A DNA stretch of 64,000 nt from Octopus vulgaris (GCA_951406725.2 OX597837.1:5580001-5644000), one strand, 5' to 3'. Shown: positions 45,439 to 60,886, numbered from the stretch's first letter. A program made the numbers and translations. The notes: generated by a model from the sequence alone, not told the origin.

Positions 45439-45849
45439 TATACCTACTCATGTAAGGGACTGTGTAGTTACGTATGAAGTGTATGTCCGTTTATATGTCA
45501 TTCCTTAAAATCACGTCACGTGGTGCAGTTTGCCACCACAAGACAATTCACAATTAATTTCTTTGTCACAAAAATTTTGGTTATTGATTAAGAAATTACG
45601 TGATGCATTCCGGTTGCTGCAACCGCCACCGGATAAACAGGATCGCCATTGCCGTGCTTAGCAACGGCAACAAGAGCAAGAAGAACAGCAGCAGCAGTAG
45701 CAGCACCAGCAGCAGTAGCAGCAGCACAAGCGCTGAATATTGTCGAAAATAACAAGAGTGTCCCAACTGCAAATAATAAATCCAGTAAAAACAAACATTC
45801 ATATTGCCACTACGACAACAACGACCGGCACCAGCGTCACCTCTACCGT

Positions 45850-46486
45850 CTCGGCCGGCTCCACCACCACCACCACCACCACCATCACAACCTTCACCAC
45901 TACCACAATTACACCATCATCACAACCTTCTCCGCCACAACCACCACAACCACCACCACCACCACCACAACCACCACCACCACCACCACCACCGTTACCA
46001 CTACCACCAATATCCACTAACACTACAACAATTACCACCAGAACCTCCACCACTACCACAACCAACACCACCACCACCACCGACATCCACTACCACTACA
46101 ACAATTACCACCACCATCACAACATTCACCACAAACACCACCACAATCACCACCACCACTATCAGCATAACCACTATCCCACCAACATCTCCACAGCCAC
46201 CACCATCACCACCACCACTATCAGCATAACCACTATCCTCAACTCCTCCCGCACCACCACCGCCGCCACAACCGCCACCATCACAACCACTACTACAATC
46301 ACCACCACCACCACAACCACCACCACCACCACCACTACTTACACCGCAACCGCCTACCCCCACCCCAATGCAATCGCAACCTTCATTGCCACCAACGGCT
46401 CGACCCAAAACGAGCAACACCTTCGGCGGAACCGTAAACAACTGCGACAATGTAACTCGCCCACGACCACGACGACGACGACGACG

Positions 46487-46518
<32 letters not shown>

Positions 46519-46525
46519 CGACAAT
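45850..46525. repeat. Degenerate (ACC/CAC/ACA)n low-complexity tract
   Basis: Direct reading. Confidence 0.9.
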
Positions 46526-46848
46526 AACTTCAGCAGCATCAACACAAACAACGCGAGAAACAAAATACGGCCATCATTAGCGTCCACACCCTTACACAAT
46601 AAGCGACGACACACTCCCACTTAGACCGCCATTAGTAAATGAGTCCATGTAAACAAACAGGTAATTACACCTATTCATTAGCGCTCGGCTCACTCTCTCT
46701 TACTCTCTCTCTCTCTCTCTATCTTTCTTTTTTTTTCTTTCTCTCTCCCTTTCTCTGTTCCTCTGTCTCTCAATCAGTTTTTCTGCCCCTCTCAATCTTA
46801 ATTGACAATCTAATCACTCATGCTGATATACATAATCAGGGTTGTGTA

Positions 46849-47004
<156 letters not shown>

Positions 47005-47021
47005 CATATATATAGATATAC

Positions 47022-47071
<50 letters not shown>

Positions 47072-47146
47072 GTACATATACATATATGCACATATATGTA
47101 TATATGCATCCATCCATACATACATACATGCATACGTACATACATA

Positions 47147-47179
<33 letters not shown>

Positions 47180-47479
47180 GCTATATATGCAATATATATA
47201 TATATATATTTAACGTATGTGTCTATAGTGTGGGTGTGTGTATACGTGTATTTAGAGACGTCGAAGCGGGTTGATGCGCACACCAACGTACGTGAACAGG
47301 AAACACACAACGGACATATTCATATATACATGAACATACATTCATACACACATATACATATACATACATTCATACACGCACACACAAGCACACACATGCA
47401 AACATACATACACACGCATATACACATACATACATACATACATACATACAGACATACAGGCGTATGCATATGTATGTAT

Positions 47480-47550
<71 letters not shown>

Positions 47551-47553
<3 letters not shown>

Positions 47554-47811
47554 AAAATAAGCAACAAGGATATCCAAGGTAGAGTAGTACAATTGCTTCA
47601 TGCTACTTCATTTTATTAAACACTGTAAGCATTACATCAGTTTTAAATTGTCGAGCAATCTTCAGCCACATATAGAATTTTCCAATTAAACGTGTGGCTG
47701 AAGATTGCTCGACATTTTAAAAGTGATGTAATGCTTACAGTGTTTAATAAAATGAAGTAGCATGAAGCAATTGTACTACTCTACCTTGGATATTCTTGTT
47801 GCTCATTTTGA
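47551..47811. repeat. Fold-back inverted repeat, ~118-bp arms, 22-nt spacer, each arm carrying a hammerhead-like motif
   Basis: 47551-47670 pairs with 47693-47811; right arm gtgg-CTGAAGA-ttgct...agcat-GAAG-CAATTG-TA-ctac. Confidence 0.9.
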
Positions 47812-47933
47812 TTATAATCCCCCCATTTGATTTATATTGATAATACCATAAAAAATTCTGGTTCCTTTAATTTAAGTACCATATTCATCTGAATCTAAAT
47901 TTTGCTGAACTTATATATACATACATACGACCT

Positions 47934-48141
47934 CGTGAGTACCGTTGGCGATTTTTTTCCTGTGTCTTCCCATCTCTGGATCTTTCCTTCTCCTATGTTT
48001 CCGACGAAGAGCTCCGCTCGAAACGTTAAACCCTCCTTCTTCCCTTCTTTGCTGAGCGTCCGATAATACTTTATTTGTTCCACGTCCTCACGTTGTTGTG
48101 TTTTTTTGTTGTTTTGTGTTTTCTTGTTTGGATTAACTTTA
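47934..48141 (+). mobile_element. H1 hammerhead-bearing short element, copy 1
   Basis: Contains gtttccgacgaagagctccgctcgaaacgttaaac (47997-48031); ends at (TA)n; homologous to 49259-49520 and 54138-54312. Confidence 0.75.
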
Positions 48142-48152
48142 TATATATACAT

Positions 48153-48242
<90 letters not shown>

Positions 48243-48683
48243 GCTTTTGTGTGTGCTTGTGGGTATGTGTAGCAGGGTGGCTATGAGTGCTGCATTCATG
48301 TTCGGAAGATTGTGGTTTCAATTCCAGGCTCGGCGATGTGGTGTGTTCTTCTGGAAAACACTAAATTTCATGTTGCCCTCAGTACACCGAGCTGACAAAA
48401 ATGGTATGTATGCCATTATTCATTTTATTTCAATATTCCTCGCCAATAGAGAAAGAACCGGTTTCTAACCTAGATCCAAGTCTCCTTCATTGGAATTTCA
48501 ACATCAACAACAGGGTATTTTTGTAGTTGACGCTACTGGTGCTTACGTTGAAATATGAAAATTTACTTCCATTTTCCCATGTAATAAAGAACATGCATCA
48601 TTTGTTTCAATAAATTTGTAAAAAGAATATGGATTTTATCACCAATTTTCAATGCATACTTGCTTTAACCCACCATGTGTATG

Positions 48684-48813
<130 letters not shown>

Positions 48814-48856
48814 GATAGATAAAACTTACTTAAAGGTGGATGCGAGCGTTCTATCA

Positions 48857-49229
48857 TATAATAACAAAATAATAAATAAAACATATGCAAATATACATAC
48901 ATATATGTACGTACCTACACCTATATGTATATATACATGCATATATAGGTACAGGACACCAAAAAAAAAAAACGTCGAACACAATGAGAAACGGAAACAT
49001 AAAAACAAAACCATGGACATTTTTCTGAAACAACGAAAAAATAGAGTACAAGACATACAACACATGGAACATTCCCCTTCTTCAGCCGCCTCTGTTTCAT
49101 CTACTCTGTGTTTTGAAGGTAGTTTTTTTGGTATCCTGTACCTATATATGCATGTATATATACATATAGATGTAGGTACGTACATATATGTATGTATATA
49201 TGCATATGTTTTATTTATTATTTTGTTGT

Positions 49230-49234
<5 letters not shown>
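48857..49234. repeat. Inverted repeat, ~110-bp arms, ~155-bp spacer
   Basis: 48857-48967 versus 49123-49234, few mismatches. Confidence 0.9.
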
Positions 49235-49258
<24 letters not shown>

Positions 49259-49261
<3 letters not shown>

Positions 49262-49520
49262 CTGTCTTTGAAAAAACCTTTCTTCACCCATTTCCTTCCG
49301 GTCTTTCAAAATGTGACCGCGTGTGTACCATTGGCGATTTTTTTCCCACTGTCTTCCCTTCTCTTGATCTTTCCTTCTCCTATGTTTCCGACGAAGAGCT
49401 CCGCTCGAAACGTTAAACCCTCCTTCTTTCCTTCTTTCCTGAGAGTCCAATAATACTATATTTGTTCCACGTCCTCGCGTTGTTGTGTTTTTTGTGTTTT
49501 CTTGTTTGGATTGACTTTAT
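49259..49520 (+). mobile_element. H1 hammerhead-bearing short element, copy 2
   Basis: Identical 35-nt motif at 49384-49418; (TA)n on both sides. Confidence 0.75.
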
Positions 49521-49569
49521 ATATATAAAATATATATTATATATATGTATAACAATTAGAAAAAAATTC

Positions 49570-49705
49570 GTATAAAGATATCATAAACAAGTATAAAAAT
49601 GGAGAAAATATGTTAAAATCAAATTGAATTTAATTTTGTATTAAATTCAATTTTGATTTTAACATATTTTCTCCATTCTTATACTTGTTTATGGTATTTT
49701 TATAC
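49570..49705. repeat. Fold-back inverted repeat, ~65-bp arms, 5-nt loop
   Basis: gtataaagatatcataaacaagtataaaaatggagaaaatatgttaaaatcaaattgaatttaat-tttgt-attaaattcaattttgattttaacatattttctccattcttatacttgtttatggtatttttatac. Confidence 0.9.
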
Positions 49706-49865
49706 CTATAACAAAGTTTTTCAATTGTTATTTTCATATTTTCTTAATACTTGGCTCTGGGTCATTTTTATGAATATGACGATATTTTTTATTGGAAATT
49801 ATTTTTTCCCTCTCTTTTTGAATTCTTCCAAAAGTTTGAATTGTTCTTTCTTAAACTTATTTTCC

Positions 49866-49934
<69 letters not shown>

Positions 49935-51433
49935 CTAATGTAGGATAAAATATTTTTCGGGAAAAAATTTATCAATGGCCAGCATATCAAAAAATACCTT
50001 TAACGGTTAGATTTTTAAATTATTTATATCTCTCTCTCTCTCTCTCTCTCTCTTATATATATATATATATATATATATACCAAGGGCGAAGGGTCTAGGT
50101 ATGCAATGCATGCACAGCATACCTTACTATTTTCCCACGATAAATAATTTTTGTGTAATTATATAATTGAACATTTTCAGTCATATTTACTTATATTTCG
50201 CATCCTTTCATTTCCTAGTATGAATTGTAAACAATCGATATTCTTTAACAAGTGTAAATAGTGAAAGCTCCTATTTGCTTTGCAAGAATTGAAGGAAAAG
50301 CTGTGAATTACTTGCTTTCCTGTTCTTTTGAGAAAGGAGTACCAACAAGAAGGGCAAAACAAAACATGTGGTCAACAGAGAGAAAGGCGAATTTTTCTGC
50401 TTTCTTTCCGTCATAGTCAGTAAGATAAATGGTATTAGTCTCTTCGTATTCTATTGTTCTCTACGAGAATGGAGCGTCAAAAGGAAAAACAAAAAAAACG
50501 GGTGAGTGGTCAACGGAAACAAAGGCCAAAGAAAACAAATTTTTTAATGTTTGCTTTTAGTCATAAGAGTAAAAGTTGTGGTGTTATTTTCTTTGCACCC
50601 TATTATTTTCGCGAAGGGACCGTCAAAAAGAGGAACAAAGCAAAAAAAAAAAAAAAAAATGAGTGAGTGGTCAAGAAAAAATAAGAGAGAGAAAGCAGAT
50701 ATTTTATTGTTTTCCTTCTAGCCGTGTTAAGCCAGCAGACATCATGAGACCCTAGAGTTTTCTTGATTATTTCACACATGGAGCGAAGAGAAGAAACCGG
50801 CAGTTTCGTATGTGTGTGCGCGAGTGTGCGCATTCGAGCGTGGTGTGTGTGTGTGTATGTATTATATGATGCATATACGACTGAATAAGCACCAGCCTTA
50901 AACAGCGAGTACTACTGTGAATTGGTTTGACGAAACCATTGGAGGCAGCTCGCCATCGTGTCTGTCTTTCAGTGATCCAAGCATAAAAGAAAAGAAATAA
51001 AAGATGAAAGCTAAGAAGTGCAACTGTTGCATAATTTATAGATTCAAGGTGTCCAAAGTTTTAAGTGATGAACGGTGGTTCAACATTTAACAATGCTTCC
51101 ATCTTGGATCACTTGAATCGGTTCACATACATCTGGGAAATACTGAGAAGGAAGCATTAGAATGTATTTGGTTTGGCTTTGAATATTTCTGTATGTTAAT
51201 ATTCTCGAACCAATTCCATTGCCTCAGGAATACAGAGCAATGTTGAAATATATTGCAGTCTAGAGGCAGTAATTGTTATTGGAATGAAAGCATGAAAATA
51301 TCAAATCTTTACTTTCTTCAACGTGATTCAAATGTTTGTGTTGATGTGTGTAGACACGCACAGTTATGGATGCGTGGAAGAAAATAGTGTTTCAGTTTCA
51401 ATATTACCATGTGGAATAATATGCAGTAATCTT

Positions 51434-52275
51434 ATAAGGCGATGGAGCTGGCAGAAACGTTAGCACACCGGGCGAAATGCTTAGCGGTATTTCGTCTGCC
51501 GCTACGTTCTGAGTTCAAATTCCGCCGAGGTCGACTTTGCTTTTCATTCTTTCGAGGTCGATTAAATAAGTACCAGCTACGCACTGGGGTCGATATAATC
51601 GACTTAATCCATTTGTCTGTCCTTGTTTGTCCTCTGTGTTTATCTCCTTGTGAGTAGTAGAGAAATAGGTATTTCGTCTGTCTTTATGTTCTGAGTTCAA
51701 ATTCCGCCGAAGTCGACTTTGCCTTTCATCCTTTCAGGATCGATAAATTAAGTACCAGTTGCGTACTGGGGTCGATCTACTTGACTGGACCCCACCCTCA
51801 AAATTTCGAGCCTTGTGCCTAGAATAGTAACGAATATTTAAAGAACCAAAGTCGGCAAGCTGGCAGAAACGTTAGCACGCCGGGCGAAATGCTTAGAGGT
51901 ATTTCGTCTGCCGTTAGGTTGTGAGTTCAAATTCCGCCGAGGTCGACTTTGCCTTTCATCCTTTTGGGGTCGATAAATTAAGTTCCAGTTACGCACTGGG
52001 GTCGATGTCATCGACTTAATTCCTTTGTCTGTCCTTTTTTCCCCTCTATGTTTACCCCCTTGTGGGCAATAAAAAACAAGAAACGTTAGCACGCTGGGCG
52101 AAATCCTTAACAGTATTTCGACTGTCTTCACTTTCCGAGTTCAAATTGCGCCAAGGTCGACTTTGTTTTCAACCTTTGGGGCTTGATAAATTAAGTACCA
52201 GTTGCCTACTGGGGTCGATCTATTCGACTGGTCACCTCCCCCAAAATATCGGGCCTTATGCCTAGAGTAGAAAAG
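51434..52275 (+). mobile_element. Two tandem dimeric SINE B units inside one 16-bp direct repeat
   Basis: Units ~51438-51836 and 51853-52275; aatatgcagtaatctt at 51418-51433 and 52276-52291. Confidence 0.85.
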
Positions 52276-53754
52276 AATATGCAGTAATCTTCTGTTATAG
52301 ATTGAGACTGAACAAAACTTTGCGAAAGGCTGTTGTGTGCTAAAAAGTTTGTTTGCCAATCACATGATTTTAGGTTCAATCCCACAGCGTGGTACATTGC
52401 CCAAGTATTTTCTACTATAGCCTGAGGCCGACTAAAGTCGTGTGAGTGGATTGGGTGGGCGTTAGTGCCTGCTGTATATTCAGATATTTTATATTGAAAA
52501 ACTAAGGTAAATTTAATTTTCCATTTCATCTAATTAAATTCCAATTTCATATTCTTAAGTTTCTTGACATGATATTCTTTAATACACACACACATATATA
52601 TATGTTTATGTATATTTATGTATGTATATAAATACATGTATGTATGTATGTATGTTTATATATATATATATATATACACATATATATGCATATATATATA
52701 TGTACATATATGCATGTGTGTATATTTGTATATATACATTCATATATATATATACATATCTATGTTTATATATATGCATATATGTATATATGTGTATATA
52801 TGCATGTATATATTGAAATTATATATTATAGTCTCTGACTATTTTCTCTTTCTCACTAGACCGCTGGTGGCAAAAAAATTTCTATTGAATTTTTGCTACC
52901 CTTATATTGATTAATATATATATATGAATAATATACATATCTATAACTATATATGTATAAATATATATACATACATATATATACACACCTATTTATGCAT
53001 ATACACACACATATATATACGTAAGTATATATGTATATGTATACAGACATACACACACACAAGTGCGCACACACGCATACACATAAACACACGCGCACAC
53101 ACACGCGCACACACACGCGCACACACATAGCCGCAAAACAATAGCGAAAAAAAATTCTGAAGTGAAAATCATACACTGAAGGTCGTAAAATTAAAATTCA
53201 ATTAAAATTCATTTAAAAGTTGTGTGTAAAATAAAATTATATTACAATTGCATTCAAGGACTCTGTTTAACAGCCTTAAAATTAAATTAACATTCAATAC
53301 TCACTATATAATGATTAAAATTCAATTACAATTAAAAAAATTTGTATCGTAAAATATTTTGAATAACAGAAAACCCACTCCGGTATAAATTAGCTACCGT
53401 TTATGATTAGCTGCCACGAGCAAGCGAGAATGGCTTGGCATATTGTTCTACGCTTCCTAGAACCGCCTACACTCCATCCGGCGAAACATTGAGGCTAGAT
53501 GAAGATAGGGCTCTACCGTGTGATACAGCTCTTTCTTCGATTGATTCAATTCAATTCATAATTAATTTTCATTAATGAAATAAAAAAATTAATTACTGCC
53601 TTGCTGCCAAGGACATACGCACCTCCCACTCTAGAAAGAGAAAGCATATCTTGTGATTGAGTTACTCCCAAAAATCTTGGACATTACGCTATGTATCCCG
53701 CAGTACTATGAATATTTCAAGTTATCAGTATTTTATTTCTACGATAGTCAGTAT

Positions 53755-53945
53755 AAGCCTTTGTACTATAGGTAGGGCCTGAAATTTGGGGGAGGGGTAT
53801 AGTCGATTACATCGAGCCCAGTACCTAAACTGGTACTTGATTTATCGACCACGAAAGGATGAAAGGTAAAGTCCACCTTGGTTGAATTCGAACTCCGAAC
53901 GTAAGAGCGGACGAAATGTTGCTAAGAGTTTTGCCCGGCGTGCTC
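53755..53945 (-). mobile_element. SINE B, diverged
   Basis: Reverse complement of the B consensus. Confidence 0.7.
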
Positions 53946-53948
53946 AAG

Positions 53949-54100
53949 ATTATTTACATTATTTACATTATTTACATTTGATCGATATTTGTCCTCATCT
54001 TGTTTGTTGTTAACACAACAGCCGAAACGTTGTGGTTACAACAAACAAGGTGAGAGCAAATATCCGTCAAATGTAAATAATGTAAATAATGTAAATAATG

Positions 54101-54105
<5 letters not shown>
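53949..54105. repeat. Fold-back of an H3 PLE-like end with (AATGTAAAT)n tails
   Basis: 53949-54019 pairs with ~54029-54099; loop and right arm contain cagccGAAACGTTgtg. Confidence 0.85.
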
Positions 54106-54137
<32 letters not shown>

Positions 54138-54142
<5 letters not shown>

Positions 54143-54312
54143 ATCCAAACAAGAAAACACAAAAAAACACAACAACGCGAGGACGTGGAACAAATATAGT
54201 ATTATTGGACGCTCAGGAAAGAAGGGAAGAAGGAGGGTTTAACGTTTCGAGCGGAGCTCTTCGTCGGAAACATAGGAGAAGGGAAGATCCCGAGAAGGGA
54301 AGACAGAGGAAA
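54138..54312 (-). mobile_element. H1 hammerhead-bearing short element, copy 3
   Basis: Reverse complement of the identical 35-nt motif at 54237-54271; (TA)n on both sides, followed by a SINE A tail fragment at 54395-54484. Confidence 0.75.
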
Positions 54313-54351
<39 letters not shown>

Positions 54352-55142
54352 TAGATAGATAGATATGTATATATACATATATATTTGTATGTGTATTTTT
54401 GTGTCTGTATTTGTCCCCCCCCTCCGCCCTCGCCATCACTTGACAACCGATGTTGGTGTGTTTATGTCCCCGAAACGTAGCGGTAAAATATGTAAGAGGA
54501 TATGAAAAGATAAAAATAAGGTATTGTATTACTTGGCATAATATGTTTAATGCTTCTATAATATTTCGGGAAAGAAAACCCTTCTCAAATATGTTAGAGA
54601 AAAAAAAATGAAAATCCAAGAGTTCGGAGAAGTATTATTACTGGTAGGTTAGTCTAGAATTTTGGGCATGCAGCATACCAGAATGGGCCGGTGACGAAAA
54701 CACTTGCGCTTATTTAAAGAATTGTGAATCATTTGTGTCGTATAATTAAAACCGTTTTTAATCTGTGATCTACGTTGAATAAAACGTCTGTCAAGATAAA
54801 GATGCAACGGGAGTAGAATCAGCTTGAATGCTTCAGTCAAAGACAGCTGGAGATACGGGAAAGAGTGTGGGGTTTCACCATTGAGGGAACCAATATGCTG
54901 ACAGTGTGATATCATTCCAAAGTAATTTTCAATTAATGAGATTAATTGTTTTTCACTTGCATATTAAAGTAACTCACATTCGTTGACGATAGAATGCAAG
55001 TAAACACTTATACGCACCACACCTCAGCAAATATCTGCAAGCATGCGCACACATATGGTTCTTTAATTTCATTAGTATACGTATAAATGCTTGCATGAAT
55101 GAATGTATGTATATATGTATAAATCTATATCCATATCTTATC

Positions 55143-55543
<401 letters not shown>

Positions 55544-55561
55544 CATACATATATTTAGACA

Positions 55562-55600
<39 letters not shown>

Positions 55601-55812
55601 GTATATATATACATATATTAGTGTTGATATATGTGTGCATATGTGTGTGTAGACCTACATTCCTACCTTTCTGCCTACTTATATCTATATGTGTGTATGT
55701 TTGTGAGTGTATCTGTGTGTGTATGCATGTGTCTTGTGTATGAGCGTTAGGCTCTACATAATTTATAACTGAGGAAAAAGTATACGAATATGAATACTCA
55801 AACGGAATTTGC

Positions 55813-55845
<33 letters not shown>

Positions 55846-56117
55846 ACACACAAACACCCATACAAACACGCGTACACCTATCTGTACGTATAGCCGAGCA
55901 CTGTTGTTCTACGTATGTACGTATCAATACTAATAAATCCTCACAGTTCTGAAATCTATAAAACTTGTTGAAATAAATATCTGAGGAATATTTCTTAATG
56001 ACGTTATATATTTATCTTGCACAAATTCAAGATTAATGTGTAACTTAATTAACAATTCCAAATATTTTCTGCCAAAAAAATTATTATTATTATTAGTATA
56101 CATACACACATAAATGC

Positions 56118-56182
<65 letters not shown>

Positions 56183-56487
56183 TATATATATATATATACA
56201 CACACAAATATATATGTACATATGTGTACATATACATACATATGTATATATATTTATATAAATTATATATATGTAATTATATATACACACATATATGCAT
56301 TTATATATACACACACATGTATGTATTTGTATATACACACGTGCATTTCTAAATAATAACTGTGAATAATTATCAGTATGTATATATATATGTATAAATA
56401 TATACACACATACATACACACATACTCACGCACACGAACAAACACACACACAAGTATATATATTTAATTATATATATATATAAGTAC

Positions 56488-56529
<42 letters not shown>

Positions 56530-56577
56530 TAGTTCTATGTTTATAAAAATTAATTATTTGGCGTATATCTATCATTT

Positions 56578-56628
<51 letters not shown>

Positions 56629-56920
56629 TATATATATACATACATATATACATTCAAGTATGTTTGTAATAATTATTATTACGTGTATAGTTATAATTAT
56701 ATATATGTGTATGTGTGTTTGTGCGTATATAATTAGTATTACTCTACATATAATTATCGTTGTATGTGCAAATATATGTTTATATATAAAGCCTTTTATT
56801 GTTTTAGCTTTTATTGCTAGTCTTAGTCTTTGCACAGCGTCCAAACCGACTCCAAACCCATTTTTTAAAATTCAAGTATTTTCGGCATATTTTTGCAATT
56901 TTCAACTACTAATATTGCAC

Positions 56921-57245
56921 ATTATTACCTCTGCCTTAGCGAAGGTGAAGTATGGTCTTTTAGTCGTGTTGGTTTGTTTGTTCGAGGACAAGATATCTCA
57001 AGAACCGGTGGATGAATTCGGATGAAACTTCCAGGGATATTTGGCCTTGTGATTGGCACAAACTGATTAGATTTTGGGATCGATCCGTTACCAGACAAGG
57101 ATTATAGATTATTTTTCCTGTTTTTTATTTCACTTAATTTTTTAGAGCAGTCGGGTTCATTTTTAGTATTCTCGTTTGTGAGAGCTTAACTCAGATAATT
57201 TAGATATTCTCATTTTGAAAATTATCTCTGGTTGAACGTTAAGAG
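56921..57245 (+). mobile_element. Probable Helentron/DINE-like non-autonomous element fragment
   Basis: Begins ttattacctctgccttagcgaagg, then gtttgtttgt, caagatatctcaagaac, ggatgaaactt, gattagattttgg; resembles HINE/DINE-1-type elements (from recall). Confidence 0.45.
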
Positions 57246-57250
57246 CAAAG

Positions 57251-57538
57251 TAGCCCGACGTATATATGTATATATATATATATATATATATGTGTGTATG
57301 TATATATATATATGTGTGTGTGTGTGTATACGTTTGTGTGTCTGTGTTTGTCCCCCAACATCGCTTGCCAACCGATGCTGATGTGTTACGTCCACGTAAT
57401 TTAGCGGTTCGGCAAAAGAGACCGATAGAATTAGTACTAGGCTTACAAAGTATAAGTCCTGGGGTCGATTTGTTCGACTAAAGGCGGTGCTCCAGCATGG
57501 CCACAGTCAAATGACTGAAACAAGTAAAAGAGTAAAAG
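57251..57538 (+). mobile_element. SINE A 3' part
   Basis: agcccgacg(TA)n(TG)n...ggtgctccagcatggccacagtcaaatgactgaaacaagtaaaagagtaaaag. Confidence 0.85.
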
Positions 57539-57561
57539 TGTGTATATATATATATAACCTT

Positions 57562-57628
<67 letters not shown>

Positions 57629-58182
57629 CGTATATTTCTACATATGTACTTATTCATAAATTCCTACAACCACGCACGGACACACACACAGCTACCAATA
57701 TTTAATCACAATTTTTTTTTTTTGTAGTACACACATAAGTATTTCGCTGATTGCTTCTGCGAAGACAAAGAAAAGAAAATGGTCAAATTATAATTCCATA
57801 TAACTACCTTCTATATAGTTATGCAGTTGTTTCAAAAGCGTAGCCTGTAAAGAGACATGCTTCGCAGCGAAACGCGAAACATCTCTGAATCATATATATA
57901 TATATATATATAGATATACAGGTATATATATTTATATACACGTACACGCATGTATACATATGTGTGGATGTATGAGCAATTTGAATGCGCGCGCGTGGGT
58001 GTATCTGTTTTATGTTTTAATTGTTCTACATCAATGGTAAACTAGAACAGATGACATGAATAGTTGAAGCGAAATAATGGTTTGAAGAATTTACTTCAAA
58101 GATTCAACCTGGAGATTAATGGAAGAAAACATAGAAGGAAAAATAAAATTGGAAGAATTTTTACATTGGATTGATCGGCATA

Positions 58183-58216
<34 letters not shown>

Positions 58217-58225
58217 AATATATAT

Positions 58226-58264
<39 letters not shown>

Positions 58265-58515
58265 CATATGTATATATATACATATATACATGCATTCACG
58301 CACACACAGTTATACATATATAGAGAACGAAACCGAAAGAGAGCAGGGAGATAGATAGATAGAGAGAGGGAGAGAGAGAGAGAGAGAGAGAGAGTGAGAG
58401 AGAAACAGACAGAGGTAGACAATATTAAACATATGCATGCCAATAGATAGATATATAGAGAAGAACTGGACGGAAAGAAACACACACACTCATAATATAT
58501 ATATGTATATATACA

Positions 58516-58549
<34 letters not shown>

Positions 58550-58595
58550 CATACATATATATATATATATATATACATATATATACATACGTACA

Positions 58596-58638
<43 letters not shown>

Positions 58639-58691
58639 GTATGCATATATATAAAGTGAAAGCGAGAGATTGAGAGAAAGAGACAAACAAA

Positions 58692-58745
<54 letters not shown>

Positions 58746-58891
58746 TCAAAATGATTATGCATATGTACTTACAAGTGGGCGTACGCATGTGCAGACGCAT
58801 ATGAGTATGTATTATTTAACTATATACTTATGCAAATATATATTACTTGTCCGTACTGAAGGAATCGTTAATATATAAGCATATGTTTATA

Positions 58892-58932
<41 letters not shown>

Positions 58933-59308
58933 GTATATATACATACAATTATATGAATGTATTTTACACACATATTGTCACTGATACATATATACATACA
59001 TATATATTCTATTAGCATACATACATATATATTCTATGCGCATAATACATACATATGTGTATGAACGTCTGTATACTTGTACACGATTTTGCATGTATAT
59101 TTATGAATGGACACATATATACAATTGAAAAAGATGATTGTGTGCGTGTGTATCCATGAAATACTACCAGAATCAATAATTTTAGAGATTTCTTTTGTAT
59201 CGATCATCAACTCAAACTTTATTCAGCCCAGGGTCACGTTCCCCTTTCATGAGAGTGTAGATCAAGTAAAAATCTTCCAAACGCAAAGTGGGATTATATT
59301 TGGCAGTG

Positions 59309-59535
59309 GTGAGCTGGCAGAATCGTTAGCACGCCGGGTGAAATGCGTAACCGTATTTCGTCTGACGTTACGTTCTGAGTTCAGATTCCGCCGAGGTCGA
59401 CTCTGCCTTTCATCCTTTCGGAGTCGATAAATAAAGTACCAGTCATGTACTGGGGTCGATGTAATCGACTTAATCCCTTTGTCTGTCCTTGTTTGTCCCC
59501 TCTATGTTTAGCCCCTTGTGGGCAATAAAGAAATA
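59309..59535 (+). mobile_element. SINE B monomer (tail type 1) with 14-bp TSD
   Basis: tatatttggcagtg at 59295-59308 and 59536-59549. Confidence 0.85.
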
Positions 59536-59867
59536 TATATTTGGCAGTGCCTGTATCTGTGTGGTTTCATTAGTTTCTACTCAGAGAATACTCTGCGAAA
59601 AAGGCCCCATTGTATCGCGTCTTGTTTTCAAGGCATGATATATTTTTTTTTATCCAGGAGTCCTAATGGACGCCCCTTAGTTGAACTAAGGGTTTTCATG
59701 TCCTATTGGTCATTACATTGCAATAGAAACCACCCTAGCCATAGTTATCTTCCTTCATGTGACGCGAGATTTGGGTACCAACTACATACAAACCTTACTT
59801 TAAACTCGATAATCAGCTCATTAGCATTAACGACAAATCTTGCAATCTGGCCACTGACCGCGAAAGG

Positions 59868-59982
59868 ATTAAAGGCAAAAAATAAAAATCGACCTTGGCG
59901 TGATTTGAACTCAGAACACGAAGACGGATGGAATATTAAGCAATTTGCTCGGAGTGCTAACGATTCTGCCAGTTCACCGCCT
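59868..59982 (-). mobile_element. SINE B 5' part, diverged
   Basis: Minus strand ggcggtgaactggcagaatcgttagcac. Confidence 0.65.
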
Positions 59983-60467
59983 TAAAAAGATATTGATAAT
60001 ATTACACCATAGAGAATCTAAACCGAACGAAAATAATAAAGAGAGCAAGAGAGAAAGAGAGAAAGAAATGGAGAGAGTGAAAGGGGGAGAGAGAGGAAAA
60101 ATACGATGAGAAATATGATTGGTTAGGACAAGAGTGCATATGGTTACGAAAAGCATTGAGAAAATGCTATTGGAACGAGAGCCAAACCCTAATGACCAGG
60201 AATACTGCATAGAACGTCATACGATTTCTGATATATGCACGTTGCAACGTATGTAATATCCAGATATATGTTATATGGACGTGTAATATCCAACATGTGT
60301 CTCGAATGAGCAAACATGGCTACCAGCCAAATTATTATGTGTATTAACTATAACCAGCTTACGGGGAAAAGGCAAGATATATCACCAGCAATCTCTATTC
60401 GTATATTGTCCCTACGTCAATATATGAATGGTTATACACACATATCTCTGTGAGTGTACGTGCGTGC

Positions 60468-60502
<35 letters not shown>

Positions 60503-60814
60503 TTCATATACATATACACGTATTAGTGTGTATGTGCACATATATACGTATATTGTGTGTTTATACTTGCGTGTTCGCGCGTGCACATGTATATATTGAC
60601 ACAAATGTAAATATGCATATGTATATGTATGTATATATATATACATATATATCTACACTTGCATATATACATATACGTTTGTACATATATATATATATAT
60701 ATATACATATTTGCATATTATACATATATATATATGTATAGACATATATATATATATATATATATGTATAAACATATATATATATATATATACGTATACA
60801 TACGTACACACACA

Positions 60815-60886
<72 letters not shown>

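Noticed and set aside
45740-46624. Thr/Pro-rich 294-aa mucin-like ORF
   Set aside because: Degenerate trinucleotide tract with overlapping ORFs in multiple frames, a non-ATG start and no domain
54649-54915. 88-aa minus-strand ORF in unique sequence
   Set aside because: No recognisable homology or splice support; the length is compatible with chance
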